From Acetivibrionales bacterium (GTDB lineage Bacteria; Bacillota; Clostridia; Acetivibrionales; DTU013): 64,000 nucleotides of DNA. Location: NCBI GenBank assembly GCA_050952225.1, contig JBMNKL010000001.1, forward strand, positions 494,589 through 558,588, written 5' to 3'. The notes under the pieces are model-generated. The model saw nothing but the letters and a program-made list of their open reading frames with translations, searched no databases and was not told the origin of the DNA. Below, piece after piece: positions 1-10,155 of the stretch. How positions within the stretch are numbered: the stretch's first letter is position 1; every line of letters begins with the position of its first letter. The position numbers were made by a program, and so were the translations under genes.

Positions 1-2
1 TA

Positions 3-1535
3 ATGGTGAAGGGGAAGATGTTCAACGAAATACAAGCTTACAAGCAAATAGGATATACAATTAGAAAATGTGCTCGAGTACCGGAATTGACAGAAAAACA
101 GTCCGTAAGTATTGGAATATGAGTGCAGAGGAATATTTAAAATATCTGGCTGCGAGTCGTGAACGGACTAAAATACTTGACCCGTATCGTGAGGAAATTG
201 TTTCAGAGCTTGAAACCTACCGCTAATATCACTTCAGCGATAATTTATGACCATCTGTGTGAGCGGCATGAGGCTTTTGCACCATCATACAGAAGTGTTC
301 GACTTTATGTAATGACCCTGCGTGAAGAGCTTGGTATACCTACAGAGGTAAAAGTCCGCGCAATATACAGAGGTTTCAGACACCCGCCCGGATTTCAGGC
401 TCAGGTGGATATGGGGCAGAAGGTCATGACCGACCCCTTTGGGAGCAAAACAAAAATCTACATATTCGCCATGGTCATGAGTATGTCACGCAAGAAATTC
501 GTGTACTTTCAGGAGCATCCGTTCAGCGCATCAGAATTTGTAGAGGCTCATGATTTGGCATTTAAATATTATGGTGGCCGGACTCAGGAAATTGTCTATG
601 ACCAGGACCGTGTTATGGCGGTTTCAGAGAACGCCGGAGATCTGATTTGACTGAAAACATTTGAAAAACTACAAAAAGTATGCCGGTTTTCAGATCGGCT
701 CTGCCGAGGTTTTGACCCTGAAAGCAAGGGTAAAATCGAAAGTGTTGTTAAATATGTTAAGAACAACTTCTATCCTGCAGGATATATCATGGCATATCTG
801 TATTAAACAGTGAGGGTCTGGCATGGCTTGACCGTACGGCAACGCTAAGGTTCACGAGACAACTAGAATGGTACCAGACAGACTGTTTACGGAAGAAATC
901 AAGCACTTAAAACCAGTACCTACACTGTCGAAGCCTATCGAGCCAAAGTTGGCGATTATTCGCAGACCAATGTGGTGCATTATCGCAGAATCGCTATGAG
1001 GTCCCTAAAGGCACATACTTCCCCGGAAGGCAAGCCAGGATTGAGGCTGACACCCAAAAGGACATGGTTTCTTTTTATGACAAGGAAACCGGGGAATTAC
1101 TGGCGACACACTACCTTGCCCAAGGAGTTGGTAAACTCATTCGACTTTCAAAGAATATGCAGCGTTTCAAGAGACCAAATATGATGAGCTTAAAGATACA
1201 GTATTAAAAAGAATGGACGGGCTAACCTTCGCTGAAGATTACATAGACGCCCTCATAAAAGCGTATCCAGATATGCCCGTGATCAGCTCCGCATAATGAA
1301 TAGCTGCATTGAACAGTACGGGAAGGATGAACTGGAGAATGCCTTAAATTATTGCGTGGAGAGAGATCTGGTAAGCGCAAATGACTTTCGGGACACCTTG
1401 GCATTCTTCAGGGTGGACGAGCCGAAGATTATTCCAAAGCAGTTTACTTTGCCGGAAAAATATCAGATGGTGAAACCTAAAGTTAGAAGCGTTGAAAACT
1501 ATATACAATCCGGGAAGGGAGGCAGAAGCATATGA
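3..1535 (+). pseudogene. istA: IS21-family transposase IstA, split over several frames
   Basis: Pieces in three frames: N-terminal HTH (MFNEIQAYKQIGYTIRKCA), the DDE region (QVDMGQK...IYIFAMVMSMSRKKFVYF, ORF 159-650), a middle part (YEVPKGTYFPGRQARIEADTQKDMVSFYDKETGELLATH) and the C-terminus (ORF 1296-1535). At least 3 frameshifts or stops. Confidence 0.8.
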
Positions 1536-2253
1536 ACTCGGAAATCATATCGCTGGCAAAGCAGTTTCATATTGGCATATTATCGCACGGGAAATTCATG
1601 CCTCAGCAAGGGTTAAGTAATGAAGAATATTTGCTTGAGCTATTCCGCGCGGAAGCAGAGTCAAGACAAAAAGGCCGAGGCTGAACGCATAAAGCAGGCA
1701 CGATTGCCAACATACAAGGGCTTTGATGAATTCGATACAAATTTTCAAAAAGGGATAACCCGAGAGCAGCTTAACACCCCTGGCAAAGCTGGAATGGATT
1801 GACGGAATGTTCAACCTTGTACTTATAGGACCACCGGGAACGGGCAAAACCCACATAGCTTTGGCGATTGGAAACAAAGCGTGCATGAAGGCTACAAGGT
1901 GTTTTTTGCGACCATGGATACTATGATGCACATCCTAAAGACGCAGGAAATATCACTGAAAAGTGCTGCAAGAGTGAGATGGAATAAACAAGTGCGACCT
2001 TGTGATAATCGACGAAGTTGGGTACTTGCCTGTCAGCAAAACGGAAGCCAATTTATTTTTCGGCTTAATATCACAGCTCTACGAATCAGCTTCTGTAGTG
2101 ATTACGTCAAACAAAGGCTTTGAAGGCTGGGCGGAACTTCTTGGCGACGCTATCCTTGCAACAGCTCTGCTAGATAGGCTGACACATAAGTGCCAGGTGC
2201 TGGACTTTGCTGATGAGAGTTGGCGCCTTGCTCATAGGAAACAGATTTTTTAA
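1532..2253 (+). pseudogene. istB: IS21-family helper ATPase IstB, frameshifted
   Basis: Walker A (LIGPPGTGKTHIALAIGNKA) read across 1800-1870 and Walker B (DLVIIDEVGYLP) in ORF 2002-2253. The fragments lie in different frames (1620-1802, 1881-2123, 2002-2253). Confidence 0.8.
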
Positions 2254-2306
2254 TAGAAAAGTGGTGGGAAAATTGTTTGCCAAAAATGGCCCAATTTTGC
2301 TTGACA

Positions 2307-3448
2307 GTAACACTAAGCCTGGAGGCAATATTTTAACGAAGACGAGATCGAATGGAGATATACTATTTTATAATAAAGCAAACAATGAATTTGCTGTAAA
2401 AGCCTCCGATGAAACAATAAGAACTTATTTTAAACCGACTGATGGCGTTGACGGCAACCCGGTATTAACCATAGAGACAGCCGCATGCAATATACGGTAT
2501 GCGGGAGAGTACCTTGACAAAGAAACGGGCCTGTATTACCTCAGGGCGAGGTATTACAACCCGTACATAGGGAGATTCATATCCGAGGACAGCTACTGGG
2601 GCGAGGACGACAACCCCTTGAGCCTGAACCTGTACACATACTGCTTCAATGACCCCATCCGCTTCATCGACCCGACAGGACATGATCCTTATGACGAAAT
2701 TATCGCAAATGCAAGAACACAGAGCCAGATTAACTGGATTGTAAATGAGATTAATAAACAAAAAGAGATCTGGTTTGTGGAAGAACAGGGCGCAGGGAAG
2801 AACCAGGCAGCATGGACAGACGCCCAGACAGAAGCCAACAGGAGGGCGGAAACATTCAGGCAGCAACTGATACAGCTTGAATCAGGCAATGCGGACACAC
2901 AGAGGCTGATTAAGGATGATTCAAGAGGAATCGCCGGGGCATGGGAAGGCTATCAGCTATCTGTCACTGCAAGATTGGCGGAAGCAAATCCCGGTAGGGA
3001 TTACAGCGATATGATAAGACGGCAGGCACAGGATTATGCACTGGCAGAGAAATATGGCAGGAATGTGATAGGCATTGATGCAAGTATGATTACAGAAGAG
3101 ACCAGGACAGCTGTAGAAAGGTTTGCTGAAGATATAGTTGCAATTTACCGAATAAGTATGGCTGTAAATTCATTATTAGCAGAAGGATATGGAGACTTCG
3201 AGAGCGTACTTGTAACTGCGGATAGTGGTAGAATTGTTTTCCCAGGACCGATTTTTGCATACAGAGGAAATGATTTTCTTCTGTTATCTTATACAGATAC
3301 AAAAACGAGTACCGAACAGGTTAAATCAGCAGAAGAACTGTTGATTGATTTGATAAAGTGTATAGAAAGCTATCCGAAGGCTAAAAAGCACATATTGGGG
3401 TTTTTGGGAATCAGATCAAAAGAGCGGGCGAGGACGACAACCCCTTAA
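2307..3448 (+). pseudogene. RHS repeat-associated core plus C-terminal tip 1; the 5' body is removed or displaced by the IS21 element
   Basis: YAGEYLDKETGLYYLRARYYNPYIGRFISEDS...NLYTYCFNDPIRFIDPTGH is the canonical RHS core end (DPxGH/L). About 255 aa follow it. The reading frame runs directly out of the IS end, so no native start is present. Confidence 0.75.
2599..3025 (+). repeat. 427-bp direct repeat, copy 1 (RHS core end plus 125-codon conserved post-core segment)
   Basis: Aligns without gaps to 3426-3852 at a constant offset of 827 nt. Most columns are identical, with one more divergent patch near 2799-2835. Confidence 0.9.
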
Positions 3449-3852
3449 GCCTGAACCTGTACACATACTGCTTCAATGACCCCATCCGCTTCATCGACCC
3501 GACAGGACATGATCCTTATGACAAAATTATCGCAAATGCAAGAACACAGAGTCAGATTAACTGGATTATAAATGAGATTAATAAACAAAAAGAGATCTGG
3601 TTTGTGGAAGAACAGGGCGCAGGGAAGGATCAAACATCATGGACGGGTGCCCAGACGGAAGCGAACAGGAGGGCGGAAACACTCAGGCAGCAACTGATAC
3701 AGCTTGAATCAGGCAATGCGGACACACAGAGGCTGATCAAGGACGATTCAAAGGGAATAGCCGGGGCATGGGAAGGCTATCAGCTATCTGTCACTGCAAG
3801 ATTGGCGGAAGCAAATCCCGGTAGGGATTACAGCGATATGATAAGACGGCAG
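3426..3852 (+). repeat. 427-bp direct repeat, copy 2
   Basis: Same as above. It starts 20 nt before the stop codon of the first cassette and lies in a different reading frame. Confidence 0.9.
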
Positions 3853-5139
3853 TCCATTGGTTATGCGCTTGCTATTGCTTTAGGACGAAATGCTGTTGGT
3901 ATACACGCAAGCGATATTGTGGAGATTAACAAGACAAAAGAAGAGACATTTGTGAGTATAATAAACTGTGATCTGGAAAGATACTTTGCTCCTAAAGTAG
4001 AGCAAAAAGATTTGCTGGCATCAACTAAGCCTAATACAGGGAATCTCAACTTGTTTATTGATGGAATGAGAATAGAAGGGGCAGAAGTAATAAATGGTTC
4101 TGCATATGCAGATATCAAAAAAATAGCTAAGGCATTAAGATATAAGATTTCTGAAGATGATGATCAAATATCATTATATTATTTTGATGAAAATGGAGCT
4201 AAATTCACAATATCATACAAAAAGGAAGGCTGGCTTAAAAGAAATGGAAGTCTAATTGTTAAGGTAAGAGAGCTTGCTGAGTTTAGAGGTTACGGAGATA
4301 CTATAAGTTGGTGGCATGACAAAACGAATAAGCTTAATGTTACTGTTAATCCAAGCATGAAGTATGCACCAATAAAAGTTATAAGACAAGAAAACGTTGT
4401 AGAAATAGCCGCATACATAAATTTTATAGGCGATTCAAAAGAGTTAATGCCTTCAACAGCATTCTCTTACGCAGAAATTGCTGCTGCAGGTATTGAAGTA
4501 GATTGGGCTGGGAACTATTCGGTAGACGGAAAGAGGATTAGCTTAACTACAAAAGTTTATAGCCACAATGCTAGTCAGAATAATATAATACAGAAAGCTG
4601 AATTAGGTTCTTCTACAAAACAAAAGTATATAGACTTCGAAATAAAAGATGAAGTTGGTAGGTCGCGTCAAATGGACGGGAATTTGATTTCTATAGTAGG
4701 GGATTATCTTATAGGAGATAGATATAAGTCTGGTGATCCAATATATGATAACTGGTCAATTGCAAATCCCGGTAAGGTAACACTCTATACAAAGACAAAA
4801 TATAGTAATGTCAAGTATGATCCTAATGATCCTTCGACATATAAAACATATACGCAAAGGGAACTTAGTAATGTTGCTTCTCATGAATTTGGGCACTTAC
4901 TAGGACTTGGTGATGCTTATGGAGAAAAAGGATATCGGTATGCTGCACCAGAATATTATATCTTGCAAGATGGAAGTATTTTGTGGATGCCGTCCGACGA
5001 TAAAATGAGAAGTTCACAAGGAAATGTTAGCGATATAGATATAATGTTCATGCTTAAAGCTTGGGAGATGAATATATTTCAGCCATTCCCAGAGACATCC
5101 AGTTACCAATTTTCGCCGGGTTCTACAAGTACCCAATAA
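3427..5139 (+). CDS. Orphan RHS C-terminal cassette 2 with a metzincin-like zinc-metallopeptidase domain (putative toxin)
   Basis: Frame is open from 3385. It encodes GEDDNPLSLNLYTYCFNDPIRFIDPTGH (a partial core end only), then a payload containing HEFGHLLGLGD at 4882-4914. There is no ATG or RBS upstream; the ORF track start at 3604 is an internal GTG. The region from about 3900 onward is visibly AT-rich. Confidence 0.7.
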   Translation, partial: GEDDNPLSLNLYTYCFNDPIRFIDPTGHDPYDKIIANARTQSQINWIINEINKQKEIWFVEEQGAGKDQTSWTGAQTEANRRAETLRQQLIQLESGNADTQRLIKDDSKGIAGAWEGYQLSVTARLAEANPGRDYSDMIRRQSIGYALAIALGRNAVGIHASDIVEINKTKEETFVSIINCDLERYFAPKVEQKDLLASTKPNTGNLNLFIDGMRIEGAEVINGSAYADIKKIAKALRYKISEDDDQISLYYFDENGAKFTISYKKEGWLKRNGSLIVKVRELAEFRGYGDTISWWHDKTNKLNVTVNPSMKYAPIKVIRQENVVEIAAYINFIGDSKELMPSTAFSYAEIAAAGIEVDWAGNYSVDGKRISLTTKVYSHNASQNNIIQKAELGSSTKQKYIDFEIKDEVGRSRQMDGNLISIVGDYLIGDRYKSGDPIYDNWSIANPGKVTLYTKTKYSNVKYDPNDPSTYKTYTQRELSNVASHEFGHLLGLGDAYGEKGYRYAAPEYYILQDGSILWMPSDDKMRSSQGNVSDIDIMFMLKAWEMNIFQPFPETSSYQFSPGSTSTQ

Positions 5140-5198
5140 TTGTTTATAAAAATATTGAATATATTTGTAAAGTATTTCTTACATGGAGGGATAAATAA

Positions 5199-5708
5199 GT
5201 GAATAAAAGGACCGTAGTATTAATTCTAATTATAATATCTATTTTGGCAGTGGCATTGGCAAATAGTATTGTGGGGGTTTACAATCTAGTATCATATAAG
5301 TACTTAATGCGTGTATTGCCGGTAATCGGGATAATATTTCTGATCCTTGGCGTGATATTATTTGTATTAAAAAAAGTGAAATATATTATGATTATTTCTG
5401 CATTTTTTATTTTGGCATTATATATCTCAGACATTATTAGTGTAATGTTTATTAATAACCAACGTCAAAATATTTTTAACGATGGTACTCTAATTGCCGG
5501 TGCAATTGAAAGATATTATGAAGATAACAATAAGTATCCAAAGGATTTAGATGAGTTAATTCCAAAATATATTGACAGTATCCCTAAGATAAAAACTACA
5601 TACGATGAGGGAGACTTCACATATTACATTACTGAGGGCGGAAAATCCTACTTTTTAGGTTTTGAAAACTATTATTATGATGGAATTGGTTGGATTGAGG
5701 CAGAATAA
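5199..5708 (+). CDS. Small multi-pass membrane protein; candidate cognate immunity protein for cassette 2
   Basis: 169 aa with three hydrophobic helices, then a soluble tail (GAIERYYEDNNKYPKDLDELIPKYIDSIP). GTG start preceded by GGAGGG. It sits immediately downstream of the toxin cassette and shares its low GC. Confidence 0.45.
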   Translation: MNKRTVVLILIIISILAVALANSIVGVYNLVSYKYLMRVLPVIGIIFLILGVILFVLKKVKYIMIISAFFILALYISDIISVMFINNQRQNIFNDGTLIAGAIERYYEDNNKYPKDLDELIPKYIDSIPKIKTTYDEGDFTYYITEGGKSYFLGFENYYYDGIGWIEAE

Positions 5709-5803
5709 TAGTTAAAAAGCTATTTAAAATTATATTGATACGGTGACGATACATAGGGAGGTTCATTGGTGAGAATAAACAAATAGTGGAATGAACTTTG
5801 CTA

Positions 5804-5832
5804 TTGACTTTATGTTCATTCACTGCTACAAT
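5804..5832 (+). promoter_or_regulatory. Sigma-A-type promoter candidate for the tRNA-Met/tRNA-Glu pair
   Basis: TTGACT (5804-5809), 17-nt spacer, TACAAT (5827-5832), about 60 nt upstream of the tRNA. Confidence 0.5.
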
Positions 5833-5895
5833 AGAAAAGCGCGCGGCGGCGTCTTTATAATGCATGAGCGAAACGGGCGCTTTCTCGCGATAGAT

Positions 5896-5972
5896 GGCGG
5901 CGTAGCTCAGGTGGCTAGAGCATGCGGTTCATACCCGCAGTGTCGTTGGTTCAAATCCGACCGCCGCTACCA
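5896..5972 (+). tRNA. tRNA-Met (anticodon CAT), elongator-like, CCA encoded
   Basis: Cloverleaf read by eye: GGCGGCG acceptor stem, TAGCTCAGGTGGCTAGAGC D-arm, TTCATAC anticodon loop, GGTTCAAATCC T-arm, 3' CCA. Confidence 0.9.
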
Positions 5973-5985
5973 TAACGAATTATCT

Positions 5986-6060
5986 GGCCCATTGGTCAAG
6001 CGGTTAAGACACCGCCCTTTCACGGCGGCGACAGGGGTTCGATTCCCCTATGGGTCACCA
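5986..6060 (+). tRNA. tRNA-Glu (anticodon TTC), CCA encoded
   Basis: GGCCCAT acceptor stem, CTTTCAC anticodon loop, GGTTCGATTCC T-arm, CCA. Confidence 0.9.
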
Positions 6061-6116
6061 CATTCTGTGCGGATACCCCTGCTATGTAGGGGTTTCCGGC
6101 AGTATGGCCACTGGAG

Positions 6117-6153
6117 CAGGAGGACGCAAGGCATACTTCGGCCTCCTGTTTCA
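6117..6153 (+). terminator. Hairpin terminator candidate after the tRNA pair
   Basis: CAGGAGG ... CCTCCTG stem followed by TTTCAATAAAA. The U-tract is weak. Confidence 0.4.
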
Positions 6154-6392
6154 ATAAAACAATACGGATAAATGGCTGAATGCTTCATAGTTAATGGAGC
6201 GTTTTTTATTTTCCTATCAGGCCTTTCTATTAAAGATTTTTGTCCTGCAGGAATAATCCTGTCAAGCTGACGGTTTTAACCCTGGGAACAACAGGATAAT
6301 TATTATCGTCAATACAGTTAGTGTTTTCCATTATCAAAATTAATAAGAGCCGGATATCCTGCTGCGATGCCGGGCTTGTTAATTGTGTCTGA

Positions 6393-8961
6393 ATGGAGGG
6401 AACGAGTGTGGGCAGACGTGTAAAGATAACAGTTATTCTTGCCGTTGTGGCGATAATAGCCTTGGCTATTCCCCTTGGAGTATTCTCCCGGGAAACCGTA
6501 CCGGGTATCATGACTGCCGCAGACGAAGGACCGGAAGATCAGAACTGCGGCATAAACAATGACGGGAGCGGCAGAAGCGGCGATACGGACATTATACGCG
6601 AAAGGCTTAATGAAAGCGTCATTTTATACGTTGGAAGCCCGGTCGCGTATGTAAAAGGAGTCGAAACACGTATAGACCCGGGCAATATCGAAGTCACCCC
6701 TGTTATTAGCGATAATGTGGAGATGGTGCCTGTCAGGTTTATTGCGGAAAGCCTGGGAGGCAGCGTCCGGTGGGATCAGGACAGCCTTTCCGCCACTGTC
6801 ATTCTGGACGGCAGGAGCTATAAATTTACGCAGGGCAGCAGCATTATGCTGGCGGGCGGTTCAAGTTATCCCCTCGGCGCAGAGGTATGGGCGTACAAGG
6901 GAAGGACTTTTGTACCGCTGGATAAATTCGTTAAGGCGCTTGGCAAAAAGGTTTTTTACGACAGGGGCCTTATTATTATAAGTGATGATGAAGTTGCTCT
7001 CGACACTGAAAAAGACAAGGAACTTATAAGCGAGTGGATTGCGAAATTGAGTTATCTCCCCGCAGTGGGCTCCCGCGATAAACTGCTGAGCCTGCTGGAA
7101 GAGGGGCAGAAAAGAGGAACTGGTGATTATATAGAGATAATATTGCCCCAGGTGGATACGGGTATATCCGTGGAGAAAGAAATAGCAGCCTGGGAAGCGG
7201 AAGGTTCATCGACGCCGGGCATTGCAAACCAGGCGGCTAAGGTTGCGGAAAGTCCGGCTGCGGATATGGCGGTGGCAGATCCATCCGGTCGGGAGCAGGA
7301 TTATTCCACAACCAATGTCCAGGTTCAAGGCGTTGATGAGGGAGATATAGTAAAGACGGACGGCAATTATATATACCAGGTCAGCAAAAGAAGGGTGGTT
7401 ATCGCAAAAGTCGATAATCCGGACAACATGGAAATTGCCGGTATCCTGGATTACACCGATAAAAACCTGACTCCGCAGGAGCTGTACCTGCACGATGAGA
7501 AGTTGGTTGTCATAGGTTCTTCGAAAGCGTATTTCCCAATATATAAAACGAAAGACGGCGTCCGGACCGAAATATATCCTTCGCCGCGTTATTCGCAAAA
7601 CAGCGTTAAGTTATTGATATATGACATTTCGGACAAGAAAAATGCCAGGCTGGTCCGGGAGGTTGAACTGGAGGGGAAGTTACGTATCGTCAAGAAAGAT
7701 CGGTCCGGCGGTTTATCTTGTAGCCAATGATTATATTAACTATTACCGCATTCAGGACAACGTTCCGGATGATGAGCCGAATATTACGCCATACTACCGG
7801 GATACTGCGGAAAAGGATGAATATAAAAGCATAGGCTACGATTCGATACGCTATTTCCCTGGAGCGATACATGATAATTACATGATTGTTGCCGGAATTG
7901 ATGTTGACGGGAACGAGCCTGCCAATGTTTCCACGTACTTGGGGGCAGGCCAGAATATCTATGCGTCGCCGGAAAACCTGTATGTGGCTGTGACAAGCTA
8001 TTCCCGGATTTATTCCAAAAGGGGCTATGAAGAAAAAACACAAATATATAAATTCGGCATGAAAGATGCGAAACTTACATACTTATGCAAGGGCGAGGTG
8101 CCCGGCATCATACTTAACCAGTTTTCCATGGATGAGTACGGCGGTAGCTTCCGCATGGCGACTACAAAGGGCAGCATATGGGCTGCGGATGAGAGAATTT
8201 CCAAGAACTGCTTATACGTAACGGACAGCATGCTTTCCATTACGGGCAGTATAGAAGACATGGCGCCCGGCGAAAGGATTTACTCTGTCCGCTTCATGGG
8301 CGACAGGGCATATGTAGTGACATTCAAGACGGTAGACCCGCTCTTTGTGATTGACCTGAAAGACCCGAAAAAGCCGGCTATCCTGGGAGCTTTAAAGATA
8401 CCGGGGTACAGCGATTACCTCCATCCTTACGACGAAAACCACATTATAGGCTTCGGGAAGGATACTGTTGAGATAAAAGGCCAGGCTTATTACCAGGGTA
8501 TGAAGGCTGCGCTGTTTGATGTGACCGATGTAAGCAACCCGGTGCAAAAGTTTGCCGAAATAATCGGAGACAGGGGTACGGATTCCGAGCTTCTCAGCAA
8601 CCACAAGGCGCTTCTTTTCTCGAAAGAGAAGAACCTGCTGGCATTCCCCGTGACATTGATGGAAATCAAGGACGCCGGTGAAACGGGAATGAATGCACTT
8701 GAATACGGAGAATTCACGTTCCAGGGCGCCCTGGTGTATAGCCTGGATCTTGAAAACGGGTTCAAGTTAAGGGGCAGGATAACCCACCTTTCCGGCGATG
8801 ATTATTTAAAAGCTGGAAGGTACTGGTACGACAGTGACAAGAATATCAGGAGAATCATCTATATAGGCGATAATTTGTTTACCCTTTCAAATAGCATGAT
8901 CAAGGCAAATGCATTGGAGGATTTGGCAGAGAAGGGCAGCGTTGCGATACCGCAGGCTTGA
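6393..8961 (+). pseudogene. Secreted beta-propeller-domain protein (COG4880-like) with a copper-amine-oxidase-N-like domain; one frameshift near 7675
   Basis: Signal anchor (ILAVVAIIALAI). A VPVRFIAESLGGSVRWDQDSLSATVILDG stalk-type domain. ORFs 6393-7730 and 7621-8961 overlap in adjacent frames, and the sense reading ...VELEG/SYVSSRKIGPAVYLVANDY joins at a GGGGAA run. Confidence 0.7.
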
Positions 8962-9044
8962 TTGTATCGGATATACAATATATACTTAATATGGATAATG
9001 ATTATGCGCCCTGTTCGCGGGCGCGGTGAGATGCGGGGTCGATT

Positions 9045-9912
9045 ATGAGAAAAAGGCCCAGTCGCGGTATGACTGCCATTGCCGTAATATTGATCATACT
9101 TAACCTTTCCCAGGTTGCCCTGATTGCCGCAATATTGCTGTATATAACAGGAATGGGCGATGATCCGGGCCTGCTTGCGAATCCATGGGTAATTGCTTTA
9201 CTGCTGGTTATACTCGCGGTTGTTATCATAAACAGCCTGGCGGCCCTTAGGAGCAGGAGCAGCACGCTGCGCTCAATCTACCGGTTCCGGATGCTTGAAG
9301 ACACTCTTTCAAGGCTGGAAACGCTAAACAACACCTTGCGGGCGCAAAGGCATGATTTTCTGAATCACCTGCAGGTTGTTTACTCTCTCATGGAAATGGA
9401 AGAATACCACGTGGCTGCCGAGTATATTGAAAAAGTATACGAGGATATACAGAAGGTCAGCAGAATCCTGAAGACATCAAATGCCGCCGTAAACGCGCTG
9501 CTCCAGGCAAAGCTGCTGACTTGCGAAGACCGTGGCATCGAGGTCGGGTTAAACGTGACGACCCAATTGAAAAACCTGAAGATACCCTCATGGGAGTTCT
9601 GCAGGGTTTTGGGAAACCTGATTGACAACGCAATTTACGCACTTCGGGATAAAGAAGGCGTTAAATCGGTTAAAATCGATCTTTATGAAGACTTAAAATA
9701 TTATTATTTCAGGATATCTGATAATGGTGTCCCGATTCCTGAAGAGCTTCAATAAAAAGATATTCGAAGCCGGGTTTACCACCAAGGGCGGCGAAGGAGA
9801 AGGGATGGGATTGCCGATAAGCGCCGGGATTATGGAAAAATACGGGGGAAGCATTACTTTATCGTGCGAAGGAGAGTACAAGGTTTTTGAAGGAAAGGTG
9901 CCGCGGTGTTGA
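9045..9912 (+). pseudogene. Small membrane sensor histidine kinase (SpoOB-type helical H-box plus GHKL ATPase), frameshift near 9750
   Basis: Two or three N-terminal TM helices, H-box RAQRHDFLNHLQVV, N-box LGNLIDNAIYA. The G-boxes (GFTTKGGEGEGMGL) lie in the next frame (ORF 9724-9912). Confidence 0.75.
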
Positions 9913-10155
9913 TGGTTTTACAGGCGGATGAGGGAGCCGGGCAGTTAATAAATCCCTGGGATGATGATTTAACAGTCAGTTAAAAAGACATTTCAGCGCT
10001 GCAAGTGTATAATATGCGTTATGTGCATTTAATTTAGGCCTTAGCAATTATATAATATCATTGGATAGATATTGTTCAAGGCAGCATCCTTGAAGCACAA
10101 GGTGATGGATTTAGCCTTAAGCGAAACGGATTTTCCTGAACGGGAGGTGCTATGA

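Larger units (their letters stand above)
1..2306 (+). mobile_element. IS21-family insertion sequence, partial (left end lies at or beyond the window start); both genes disrupted
   Basis: istA-like then istB-like reading frames with an ATGA overlap at 1532-1535. The putative right terminus ends ...TTGACA at 2301-2306 (IS21 ends terminate in CA). The flanking frame continues into an RHS gene. Confidence 0.75.

Noticed and set aside
5791-6171. 126-aa plus-strand ORF
   Set aside because: It reads straight through tRNA-Met and tRNA-Glu, so it is an artefact of the GC-rich tRNA sequence. The same applies to ORFs 61923-62159 and 62285-62575 over the second tRNA cluster.
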